From assembly GCA_963753165.1 (NCBI GenBank), contig CAVWBP010000002.1:272301-336300 (forward strand): a DNA stretch of 64,000 nt, written 5' to 3'. Source of the stretch: Thermodesulfovibrionales bacterium (GTDB taxonomy: Bacteria > Nitrospirota > Thermodesulfovibrionia > Thermodesulfovibrionales > SM23-35). Of the stretch, positions 48,857 through 57,872 are shown in pieces. Within the stretch, counting starts at the first letter, position 1; each line of letters begins with the position of its first letter. Position numbers and translations under genes: made by a program. Under the pieces are notes generated by a model that saw only the letters and a program-made list of their open reading frames with translations, did not search any database and had not been told where the DNA came from.

Positions 48857-50191
48857 TTATAATGAATATCCGCTTTCCCCGTGCTGCGATATATCAAGTC
48901 CGTTCACCTCCGACTCCTCGTCAACGCGCAGGCCGATCACTTTATCAATGAGTTTCAGCAGGACAACGCTAACCGCAAACGAATAGACTGCGGTCACGAG
49001 TATGGCAATCAACTGCGTATTAAGCAGCGCAAAACTGCCGAAAAATAATCCGTTGCCTCCTGCCGGGTTGATAACACTCTGTGCGAAGAGGCCGGTCGCG
49101 AAACTGCCGAGCACCCCGCCTACTCCGTGCACGCCGAACGCATCGAGTGAATCGTCATAACCAAGCCTGCCTTTTATATTCAGGGACGCGTAACATACCG
49201 CTCCCGCTGCCAGTCCGATGACCAATGATGACATGGGGCTCACAAAACCCGCGGCAGGAGTGATCGTTGCAAGTCCGGCAATCGAGCCGGTGGCTGCGCC
49301 GAAGGTGGTTGGTTTCCCCCTGTGCAGCCATTCGATGCATACCCATGCCAGTGTAGCGGCAACCGCGGACGTATGGGTTGCGACAAAGGCCATTGTGCTT
49401 AATGTCCCTGCAGACAGCGCGCTCCCGGCGTTGAATCCGAACCATCCGAACCAGAGGAGCCCTGTCCCCAGCACCGTCATGGGGAGGTTATGGGGATACA
49501 TCGCTTCCTGCAAATACCCTTTCCTTTTCCCGATAATCAGCGCTGCGGCAAGCGCCGAGATGCCGGATATCAGATGCACTACGATACCGCCTGCGAAATC
49601 CAGCGCCCCCATTTCCTTCAGCCATCCTCCTGTGCCCCAGACCCAATGTGCAACCGGGTCATATACGAGTGTCGACCACAGCAGGGTGAACACAAAGAAT
49701 GCGGAAAATTTCATCCGTTCCGCAAAGGCGCCGGTGATGAGCGCCGGTGTGATGACCGCAAACATTGCCTGGTACATCATAAACGCGATATGCGGCACGG
49801 TCGGGGCGTAGTCAGGGTTGGGTTCAACCCCGACGCCGTTCAGTCCTATCCAGTCCAGGCCTCCGATGACTCCGTGTATATCAGGGCCAAAGGCAAGGCT
49901 ATAGCCGACAAGGATCCACTGCACACTGATAATCGCAATCGCGACAAAACTCTGCATGATCGTGCCAAGCACATTTTTCCCCCTGACCATGCCTCCGTAG
50001 AACAGTGCAAGCCCGGGGGTCATCAGCATGACGAGGGCGGTGGATACCAGTATCCAGGCGGTGTCTCCTGAATCAATCTTCGGCGCAGCGGTTGTTTCCA
50101 GACCGGGCTGGAAAAGCTGATCTCCACCGAAAACGCTTCCGGCTGCGCCCAGCATGATGAGCATCAAAAGAATACCAACAAGTCCTTTCAT
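48857..50191 (-). CDS. amt: Ammonium transporter (Amt)
   Basis: [53 protein letters not shown]; RBS GGAGG before ATG 50191. Confidence 0.97.
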   Translation of the reverse strand: MKGLVGILLMLIMLGAAGSVFGGDQLFQPGLETTAAPKIDSGDTAWILVSTALVMLMTPGLALFYGGMVRGKNVLGTIMQSFVAIAIISVQWILVGYSLAFGPDIHGVIGGLDWIGLNGVGVEPNPDYAPTVPHIAFMMYQAMFAVITPALITGAFAERMKFSAFFVFTLLWSTLVYDPVAHWVWGTGGWLKEMGALDFAGGIVVHLISGISALAAALIIGKRKGYLQEAMYPHNLPMTVLGTGLLWFGWFGFNAGSALSAGTLSTMAFVATHTSAVAATLAWVCIEWLHRGKPTTFGAATGSIAGLATITPAAGFVSPMSSLVIGLAAGAVCYASLNIKGRLGYDDSLDAFGVHGVGGVLGSFATGLFAQSVINPAGGNGLFFGSFALLNTQLIAILVTAVYSFAVSVVLLKLIDKVIGLRVDEESEVNGLDISQHGESGYSL

Positions 50192-50240
50192 ACTTCCTCC
50201 CTGACATACAGGCGGTATTTTCCTCATGGTGCTTCTCTAT

Positions 50241-50255
50241 CCATGAATCATGCCA
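50241..50255 (-). promoter_or_regulatory. Sigma54-like promoter TGGCATG-ATTC-ATGG (non-canonical -12) for amt-glnA
   Basis: GG-N10-G spacing intact; about 50 nt upstream of the amt start. Confidence 0.55.
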
Positions 50256-50317
50256 GGCTGGGAACTTGTTGATTAATAAACAAAAAAAACAAAATGCTGG
50301 TTTTTACCCCTGAATAT

Positions 50318-50453
50318 CCTACAATATTGTAGGTACGGTATCGGGAGTCTGCAGGGGAGCATAGATATTTTCCCTTATTTTTCAACATCCGGCGCGGATT
50401 AAGGCATGTCAAAGAGCATTCCTACAAATTTGTATGAACAACAAATTTGTAGG
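50318..50453. promoter_or_regulatory. Three palindromic sites, consensus CTACAAWWTTGTAG (50318-50333, 50421-50436, 50438-50453)
   Basis: CCTACAATATTGTAGG is a perfect palindrome; the same motif recurs at 53631-53664. Confidence 0.75.
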
Positions 50454-50509
50454 ATTGAGAAGAGATCAGTTACCTCTGTCCAAAATATTGATTCAGATTG
50501 CGGGAAAGC

Positions 50510-50677
50510 AAGGGATATGGCTCAATTTCCAAAGCAAAATAAACTACCTTTGAGAAATATCCTGGCTTCATCTGTATTGTAGTGTTCGTATACAATCCAG
50601 AGTTGAGGCTTCCGCTTCGTCTCCAGCCTCATCGAGATTGCCCGTGATTTTGCTTTGGAAATTGAGCCATATCCCTT
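50510..50677. repeat. Dispersed ~166-nt element, copy C (perfect 31-bp terminal inverted repeats)
   Basis: AAGGGATATGGCTCAATTTCCAAAGCAAAAT and its exact reverse complement at 50647-50677; hairpin GAGGCT/AGCCTC at 50605-50630. Confidence 0.9.
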
Positions 50678-50734
50678 CTTTAAAATATCCTGGACAGCAA
50701 TGATAACCAATAGAAACGAATCGGGAAGTCCGCG

Positions 50735-51082
<348 letters not shown>

Positions 51083-51094
51083 TTATTCCATTAA

Positions 51095-51150
51095 AGTCAT
51101 TCGTCAATAGTCACCGATCATAATAAATCAATGACTATTGACTCTTGACT
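51095..51150. other. Long intergenic stem-loop between amt and glnK
   Basis: GTCAATAGTCA / TGACTATTGAC inverted repeat with outer AGTCA/TGACT arms. Confidence 0.6.
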
Positions 51151-51153
51151 GTT

Positions 51154-52530
51154 TTACAGACTGTACGCTTTCTCACCATGCTGGCTTTCGTCAAGCCCGG
51201 TGATCTCATGTTCAGATTCAACTCTCACTCCGAGCACCGCCCGGGCGATCACGAAGATAATCAGCGTCATCACCCCGCTGTATGCGATTGTTACACCCAC
51301 TGCGATCAGCTGAGTGATCAACTGACCCGGGTTCCCGTAGAGGAGACCGGTACCGGCTGAGTTGACTGCAGGATCTGCAAACACACCGGTCAGTATGGCG
51401 CCGAGGATACCGCCGACACCATGGATGCCAAAGGCGTCGAGCGCGTCGTCATATCCGAGCTTCGGCTTGATGCTCGCAACTGCGAAATAGGGCACGATAC
51501 CCGCGAGGATGCCGATGATTATCGCGCCTTGAATATTCACAAACCCTGCCGCAGGGGTTATTGCAACAAGACCTGCGATCGCACCGGAAGCAAGACCAAG
51601 CACCGTGGGCTTCTTCGTATGCATCCATTCCGTGAACATCCAGGACATTGCTGCGAGCGCGGTTGCGGTGTTGGTATTGATGAAAGCCACCCCGGCAAGT
51701 CCGTTCGCTGCAACCGCAGAGCCGGCATTAAACCCGAACCACCCGAACCAGAGAAGCCCGGCGCCGGTAACCACAAGGGTCAGGTTGCTCGGTTTGAGAG
51801 ATGCTTCATGTCTCTTGCCGAGGACCAGGGCGCCGACGAGCGCTGCAATACCTGCGTTTACATGTACCACTGTGCCGCCTGCAAAATCGAGGGCCCCGAG
51901 CTGCGCAAGAAACCCGCCGCCCCATACCCAATGGGCTACGGGAACATATACCAGCGTCATCCAGAGTATCGAGAAGAGTATCCAGGCGGAGAATTTCATC
52001 CTCTCAATGAATGCGCCGCTTGCAAGCGCTACCGTGATCGCTGCGAATGTCATCTGAAATACTATAAAAATGTATTCAGGGATGGTCATCGACAGACTTT
52101 CAACAGTCACCCCGGAAAGGAAGAGCTTTTCAGCGCTCCCGATGAATCCACCGATGTCCGAACCGAAAGTGAACGTATACCCGTAGGCAATCCACAGGAA
52201 ACTTACGATGCAGTAAGTTACAAAAGACATCGCCATGGTATTAAGAGTATCTTTTCTTTTCGCGAGACCGCCGTAAAACAGCGCAAGCCCCGGAAGTGTC
52301 ATCAGCATTACGAGCGCGGTAGCGACAATCATCCAGGCGGTATCGCCCGTGTCGAGTGTGGGAGCAGGGGCCTCCGAAACTGCCGGAACCGCTTCGTCCA
52401 TAGGGGCTGGCTGAGCAGGCAAAGCCTGCTCAGCTGCTGGAAGGGAAGGAGGGTTAGCCTGCTCTTCAGCAAAAGCCCATCCGCTTAAAAGCGCCAGCGT
52501 TAGTATCGTGAATACAACAAGATTCTTCAT
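51154..52530 (-). CDS. amt: Ammonium transporter (Amt), second paralog
   Basis: [40 protein letters not shown]. Confidence 0.97.
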   Translation of the reverse strand: MKNLVVFTILTLALLSGWAFAEEQANPPSLPAAEQALPAQPAPMDEAVPAVSEAPAPTLDTGDTAWMIVATALVMLMTLPGLALFYGGLAKRKDTLNTMAMSFVTYCIVSFLWIAYGYTFTFGSDIGGFIGSAEKLFLSGVTVESLSMTIPEYIFIVFQMTFAAITVALASGAFIERMKFSAWILFSILWMTLVYVPVAHWVWGGGFLAQLGALDFAGGTVVHVNAGIAALVGALVLGKRHEASLKPSNLTLVVTGAGLLWFGWFGFNAGSAVAANGLAGVAFINTNTATALAAMSWMFTEWMHTKKPTVLGLASGAIAGLVAITPAAGFVNIQGAIIIGILAGIVPYFAVASIKPKLGYDDALDAFGIHGVGGILGAILTGVFADPAVNSAGTGLLYGNPGQLITQLIAVGVTIAYSGVMTLIIFVIARAVLGVRVESEHEITGLDESQHGEKAYSL

Positions 52531-52542
52531 TCTTTACCTCCG

Positions 52543-53310
52543 TTAAAAGCTCAGTGCCAGGTTTACGCCGCCGTAGAAAATGTCCTTGTCACCATCATCA
52601 CTGATGTTTTTTATCGCCTCTTTCGCGTCGCTGCTCAAGGGGAACGAGTAAGCGATCTTCGGTGTTACGGATACAGCCTTCCAAACAGGGATAGTCATTG
52701 AGGAAGAGATTTCACCATTGTAGAAGTTGTTGAAGTCCTCGCCATTTTTGTCATATCCCATTACCTTGTTTTTGATGTTATAGCTCACCGATGCTCCCAG
52801 GTCCAGTGACGTTTCTTTCATGACCTCGAAAGAATGTCCGACTGAAGCAACCACGAAGGCGCCCTGTCCCTCATCATAATCATAGTAGATTGTGAGTGTC
52901 GGGCTGAGCAGAGTATCATAGCCAGCAGAGACGAAGAGTTCCTGTGTGTCATTCGCGCCGTCCAGGGCATAATAAATATATCCGGCGGTAAGGGTGATCT
53001 TGTCGATCGAGCGGGTATAGGTCAGGGTTACGTCCGTCTCTGTCATTTCGCCATGTCCGGTATCGCTGCTGGTTGCTTCCGGTCTGTCAGAGTCATAGTT
53101 TGCCCATATATTTGCGCCAAACACTCCATAGGTGATGCCTACGGACGGCTGGACTACCCAGCTATTGCTTAACTTCTGTCCTCTCCATACATAATTGCTC
53201 ATGACATCCGCCGAAACACTTCCCTCTGTCTTGATGTCTTCTGCATAGAGACTTCCTGCTGCCATTACTGCGATGATCATTGCCAGAACCAAAACTTTAA
53301 AACTTTTCAT
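52543..53310 (-). CDS. Outer-membrane beta-barrel, TorF/Gcw_chp-like putative porin
   Basis: Signal peptide, SNYVWRGQ motif, alternating beta strands, C-terminal Phe; upstream of amt-glnK. Confidence 0.75.
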   Translation of the reverse strand: MKSFKVLVLAMIIAVMAAGSLYAEDIKTEGSVSADVMSNYVWRGQKLSNSWVVQPSVGITYGVFGANIWANYDSDRPEATSSDTGHGEMTETDVTLTYTRSIDKITLTAGYIYYALDGANDTQELFVSAGYDTLLSPTLTIYYDYDEGQGAFVVASVGHSFEVMKETSLDLGASVSYNIKNKVMGYDKNGEDFNNFYNGEISSSMTIPVWKAVSVTPKIAYSFPLSSDAKEAIKNISDDGDKDIFYGGVNLALSF

Positions 53311-53372
53311 TTTTCCCTCCGGTATCTTGGTTATTTATATTTTTGCTGCGTACTGCGTAGTGTACTTAGCGC

Positions 53373-53549
53373 TTAATGTTCTCCATCCTCCTCCTTTCTG
53401 ATTTTGTATTTCCTGATTTTGTATCCAATCATCCTTTCCGTTATATCCAGCTTTTTTGCAGCCCTTGCCATTATCCAGTTGGATGTTCTCATTGCATTGA
53501 GTATCTCTTCTCTCTCTATCTCTTTCACTTTTTCCCTTAGCGATCCCAT
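53373..53549 (-). CDS. Stand-alone Fis-type HTH protein resembling the NifA/bEBP C-terminal DNA-binding domain (58 aa)
   Basis: EIEREEILNAMRTSNWIMARAAKKLDITERMIGYKI; RBS AGGTGA before ATG 53549; no AAA+ remnant recognised upstream. Confidence 0.78.
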   Translation of the reverse strand: MGSLREKVKEIEREEILNAMRTSNWIMARAAKKLDITERMIGYKIRKYKIRKEEDGEH

Positions 53550-53570
53550 CGTCTCACCTGTTCTCTTTAT

Positions 53571-53586
53571 ATCGAAAACCGTGCCA
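53571..53586 (-). promoter_or_regulatory. Sigma54-like promoter TGGCACG-GTTT-TCGA
   Basis: Perfect -24 box and G at -13; predicted TSS about 12 nt before the HTH start codon. Confidence 0.65.
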
Positions 53587-53630
53587 GTTTGCAACTTGTT
53601 GATTTAAAAAGGGAAAGAGTATTTGTTGAA

Positions 53631-53674
53631 ACTACAATTTTGTATGACGCTACAATTTTGTAGTACAAATTGTG
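53631..53674. promoter_or_regulatory. Tandem CTACAATTTTGTA sites (53631-53646, 53649-53664) plus a degenerate third
   Basis: Same motif and tandem arrangement as 50421-50453; 45-90 bp upstream of the -24 box. Confidence 0.75.
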
Positions 53675-54098
53675 GTGCGCACAGCAGTTTTCCGGGCGAG
53701 AGGAGGGAATGCCGGAAATTTATGGGCAGAGCAAGTTGTCTCTTAAAGCCGCATACATGATCGTCTTGGGATTGTTGCGACTTTACTTGCTTATCAACGC
53801 CGAGCAAAAATCAAAATCGTTGGAGAGTACACCGGGACTAAACACAGCGGGCTTTGTGTATAGTGAGTCTTTCAAATCGAAATAAATAGCTGTCTTATGA
53901 GGAGATGTGTTTGACCTTTTTGGGAGTGAATGATCTTTGGAGAAAAGTCTACGGTTGAGGGTAGTTGCCTGGCTGTCAGCATCACTGCGGATTTCGGAAA
54001 AGAAGCTTGAAAAACTGGTGGAGCTGATCAAAAAGCGGAATCCATATAAATCCTGCGGTTTAGAAATTCATAGCAAGGTATTGCCGCACCTCTGACAA

Positions 54099-56131
54099 TT
54101 GGCGTGCTGCATGTCAAACATCTGCTACTCGCATCCGTTGCTTAATATGTTAGATGAAGATTACAGATATGAGCAAGACGATGTTATTACCAACAATTTT
54201 TACAGCGACTACATTCAGAAGGCCCCCATTTTTCTCAAGAACGATGCACAAAAACTACGAGAGTTTATTAAAGCCAACGTCAAATACGGAGACAAAAATC
54301 AAATTATGTACCGTATTGATCATGGCAAGATAAAACCATCAAAGAACCTTGCAGATAACCTTGTATCGATGCTTAAGGGTAACGAAGAGTTCATGATGAT
54401 TGACGACCAGAAAGTTGTCTACGAAACGGCTATCAAGCTTGCTGAGAAGTCTTCAGCAAAGAAGAAAAATGTGTTGATCGTTGAAGGCGGCCCAGGAACC
54501 GGTAAATCCGTAGTGGCAATTAATCTGCTTGTTGAACTAACAAAACGCGAACTTGTTGCTCAATATGTGACGCGCAACTCCGCACCCCGCTTGGTGTACG
54601 AAGCCATGCTCACCGGCACGTTCACGAGAACTCATATATCAAATATGTTCAGTGGTTCCGGCTCGTACCATTCAACTGAAGCAAACAGTTTTCGATTGTT
54701 TGATTGTCGATGAAGCGCACAGGCTAAACGCGAAATCAGGGATGTTTAACCATCTTGGTGAAAACCAGATTAAGGAGATAATCAGCGCCAGTAAGTGTAG
54801 TTTATTCTTTATAGACGAAGACCAAAAGGTGACCCTCAAAGACATTGGTGATAAGGAAGAAATCCGCCGTTGGGCAGTAAAGCAAAGAGCAAATGTTACT
54901 GAACTCAAACTAGAATCACAATTTCGTTGCAATGGCTCAGACGGGTACCTTGCCTGGCTTGACAATACGCTACAGATTCGAGAAACTGCAAATGACACAC
55001 TCAACGTTAGTGAATATGATTTTCGCATATTGGACAGCCCAACTGAACTGCATAATATTGATACGTGAGAAAAACAGTGAAAAGAACAAAGCGCGTATGG
55101 TGGCAGGCTACTGCTGGAAATGGATCAGCAAAAAGAAACCAGAACTCAAAGATATTGTTATAGATGGTTACAAAGCGACTTGGAATCTCGACACCGATGG
55201 GCAAGCCTGGATTATTAAACCAAATTCAGTCAACGAAGTCGGATGCATACACACCTGTCAGGGATTAGAATTAGATTATGTTGGAGTGATAGTCGGCCCC
55301 GACCTGGTAGTTCGCGGTAGTAAAGTAAAAACACAACCTGAAAAACGGGCAAGTACGGACAGGTCTATTCACGGGTGGAAACAAATGATAGAAGACGAGC
55401 CAAGAGACACGAGGACGCGCCTTGATGCGATTATCAAAAACACTTACCGGACACTCATGACCCGCGGGCAAAAAGGCTGCTATGTTTACTTTATCGATAA
55501 AGAAACTGAAAGATTTTTTAGAACTCGTATCGAAGCAACAGCCTTAGAAAATGATGTTGTAAGGAACGTTGTGCCTTTGTCTATCCGTAGGCAAGTATCT
55601 CCCAGTTTGCCATTTCGCCGGTTACCTATTAATGAAGTGGTTCCTTTCAAGAACTGCGTGCCTATCTATGATCTAAAAGTGGCCGCAGGTCGATTTAGCG
55701 ATGAGCAGCGGGTTGCTGAAGTGGTTCAAGGGGCGGAGTTGCAGCATCCAGAAGATTATGAGTGGGCTGAACTGCCAAGCGTCTTTCGGCCACAACAGGG
55801 TTTATTTATAGCTCAGGTAATAGGCGAATCTATGAACCGGCGCATCCCTAATGGCGCGTGGTGCTTATTCAGATTGTCACCGGTTGGCACGCGCCAAGGG
55901 AAAGTCGTACTTGTACAACATAGAGAAATTCATGATGCTGATACCGGCGGACATTTTACAGTAAAGACTTATGAAAGCAAAAAAGAGATTTTCCCAGATG
56001 GAACGTGGAAACATAGTCAAATTATCCTAAGACCAGAAACTACGGCGCTTGGATATGAGCCAATTGTATTGAACCCAGAATCTGCGGAAGATTTGCGTGC
56101 CATTGCAGAATTGATTGCTGTGCTTGGATAA
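54099..56131 (+). pseudogene. DUF2075 (Schlafen group 3-like) helicase fused to an S24/LexA-like peptidase domain; N-terminus apparently missing, two frameshifts (~54690, ~55060)
   Basis: GGPGTGKS Walker A, IVDEAHRL, SQFRC.GS.GY, HTCQGLELDYVGVI, YRTLMTRG; C-terminal IYDL.VAAG.F, GESM (Ser) and TVK (Lys). Confidence 0.8.
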
Positions 56132-56180
56132 AGACAATCATGCAAAATTACGCTACGGAAGCATCGAATGGGGAGAGCCC

Positions 56181-56246
56181 TTGAAGCTTGCCCAACCAAA
56201 CCCCGGTTTCTTAATGTCTATGATCAAGGGCAGACCCCATGGAGTT
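56181..56246 (+). repeat. 65-66-bp direct repeat, left copy
   Basis: TTGAAGCTTGCC...CCCCGGTT.CTTAATGTCTATGATCAAGGGCAGACCCCATGGAGTT; near-identical to 57794-57858. Confidence 0.9.
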
Positions 56247-56340
56247 ACCAAAGCATCGAGATGTCCCTGAGGATAATCGATATGTAGTATGATAAGAGCC
56301 AATATAGTCTAACAATGTCAATATTTAGTGGCTTGAATGT

Positions 56341-56360
56341 ATATATCAGATGTGATATAT
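56341..56360. promoter_or_regulatory. Palindromic operator ATATATCA-N4-TGATATAT just before the toxin gene
   Basis: Perfect 8-bp inverted repeat; typical position for TA autoregulation. Confidence 0.6.
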
Positions 56361-56361
56361 T

Positions 56362-56736
56362 ATGAATAAAGAGAAACTGCCGGCTAATATAAAAGTACAT
56401 CCGAGTGTCTTGAGGAGCATCAGGGAAATTGCAGTCCTTGATGAGGAGAAGGCAGGAAAGATTATGCAGAGGATCGTTGGACTGGGGTTGGACCCGTTAC
56501 CTGTGAGCGGCGAATGTAAGTCTGAGACGATCATTAACCTTAGAAAGAAAAGAGTTCTCGTCAAACGGCTCAAATGTCTGGATATCATGCAGTACAGAAT
56601 ATTTTACGCTTATAAAAAATCCGGTTTGATTTGCGTGTATTGCGTTGTTCCGAGGGATAAGGATACCTATAATGAAAATTCATGGCATTATCAAATGGTA
56701 AAGCTTCTTTATGCAAAGTGGAAGGAGTGTCAATGA
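56362..56736 (+). CDS. RelE/HigB-superfamily toxin
   Basis: I...I..LGLDPLP, KRLK...YRIFY, VYCVVPR..TY pattern; first gene of a three-gene operon. Confidence 0.7.
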   Translation: MNKEKLPANIKVHPSVLRSIREIAVLDEEKAGKIMQRIVGLGLDPLPVSGECKSETIINLRKKRVLVKRLKCLDIMQYRIFYAYKKSGLICVYCVVPRDKDTYNENSWHYQMVKLLYAKWKECQ

Positions 56737-57269
56737 CCTCAATTGAAAATCTGCGTTATGAACCTGTTTCTCCATATCAATGGCAATACCCTTTTCAGGT
56801 TATTCCCGTTGCTGATCTTGAGAAGATCTGCGAGACCTGTGACTCGATAAAGGACAAGCACCTTGAGAAGCTCAAGGTTGAAAACAGAAAGCTTAAAAAA
56901 CATATTGCGTTTCTGCAAAATGAAGTGCAGGCATTGGAGTTAAAAACCGCCCTGACAGCGAAGGCTGTTCCCCTTGAGGATATGGTTGCAGAGGTAACCT
57001 CAACGCCTGAAGGTAAGAAAGCATGGGATGAAGCCTGGAAAGAGCAGATCGAGAAATGGCGGAGTCAAATGGAGGCAAGTGCCATCAGCCGGGTGAAATA
57101 TTACCGTCTTCTCAACGGGATGGATCAAAAGACTCTGGCTGAGAAACTCGGCACGGCTCAACCGAACATCAGCAGAATTGAACGTCCGGGCTATAATGTG
57201 CCTGTTGTGACATTAAGAAAGCTTGCGAAGATTTATAACGTAACGATGGAGGATCTCCTTGGCGGTTGA
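56733..57269 (+). CDS. HigA-like XRE-HTH antitoxin with ~80-aa N-terminal extension
   Basis: ATGA overlap with the toxin stop; C-terminal HTH (YRLLNGMDQKTLAEKLGTAQPNISRIER...TLRKLAKIYNVTMEDLL). Confidence 0.8.
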   Translation: MTSIENLRYEPVSPYQWQYPFQVIPVADLEKICETCDSIKDKHLEKLKVENRKLKKHIAFLQNEVQALELKTALTAKAVPLEDMVAEVTSTPEGKKAWDEAWKEQIEKWRSQMEASAISRVKYYRLLNGMDQKTLAEKLGTAQPNISRIERPGYNVPVVTLRKLAKIYNVTMEDLLGG

Positions 57270-57666
57270 TACCGGTATTCAATTCAAGAGTGTCGCATTG
57301 ACTGAACTGTATTTTAAGCGAAACAAATCCTTTGTTCATCCGAAAGACGGTATCCCCATCGAAATCGCTTTTAAAACCAAGAATTCGTTTAGTCCTGATA
57401 AGAAGAATCTTACGGTGGTGCTTTCAGTCAGACTGTTCGAGAAGAGCAAGAACCGACCATTTGAAATAGAAGCCTCTGTGGAAGGAACATTTTCAGGTAA
57501 AGACCATAAAGAGCTTCTGAAATTCTCAAAAATCCTTGCACCAGCACATCTGTTCCCCTTTGTTCGAGAAATAATCGCAAATGCTACGATGAAGGCGAAT
57601 ATCCCTCCTCTTCTCCTCCCTCCGATCAATTTATTAGCAGCACCCGGCAAAAAGAAAAAGAAATAA
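57259..57666 (+). CDS. SecB-like chaperone
   Basis: FEIEASVEGTF, APAHLFPFVREIIA..T...IPPLLLPPIN SecB signature; TTG start with GGAGG RBS. Confidence 0.88.
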   Translation: MAVDTGIQFKSVALTELYFKRNKSFVHPKDGIPIEIAFKTKNSFSPDKKNLTVVLSVRLFEKSKNRPFEIEASVEGTFSGKDHKELLKFSKILAPAHLFPFVREIIANATMKANIPPLLLPPINLLAAPGKKKKK

Positions 57667-57793
57667 AAGCGGCTCAATGCGTTCTTTCATGTCTCTGTCT
57701 ATGTGACAATGACTGTTTGTACTCTGCAGGACCAGCAAACTACTCAGCTGTGCATACTCCTGTGAGAAGTAGGCAGTTGTTGGGGGTAGCCTG

Positions 57794-57858
57794 TTGAAGC
57801 TTGCCAAACCAACCCCGGTTCCTTAATGTCTATGATCAAGGGCAGACCCCATGGAGTT
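57794..57858 (+). repeat. 65-66-bp direct repeat, right copy
   Basis: Matches 56181-56246; ends 14 nt from the uup stop codon. Confidence 0.9.
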
Positions 57859-57872
57859 CATCCGGATATTTC

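Noticed and set aside
51421-52488. Long antisense ORFs in the track (e.g. 51421-52488, 36949-37644, 41331-41918, 49490-50071)
   Set aside because: They overlap well-supported genes on the opposite strand or in another frame and lack family motifs; shadow ORFs.
53631-53674. Canonical NifA upstream activator sequence
   Set aside because: Spacing between adjacent sites gives TGT-N8-ACA (N7 at 50431-50443), not TGT-N10-ACA; the repeated unit is ACA-N4-TGT.
53670-54098. Short ORFs between the nitrogen operon and DUF2075 (53670-53885 +, 53783-54031 -)
   Set aside because: No recognisable motifs, RBS or consistent frame; probably remnant or non-coding DNA.
56181-56246. 65-bp repeat as an attC site
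   Set aside because: GCCCAAC is present in one copy only, and there are no internal inverted L boxes or GTTRRRY end.
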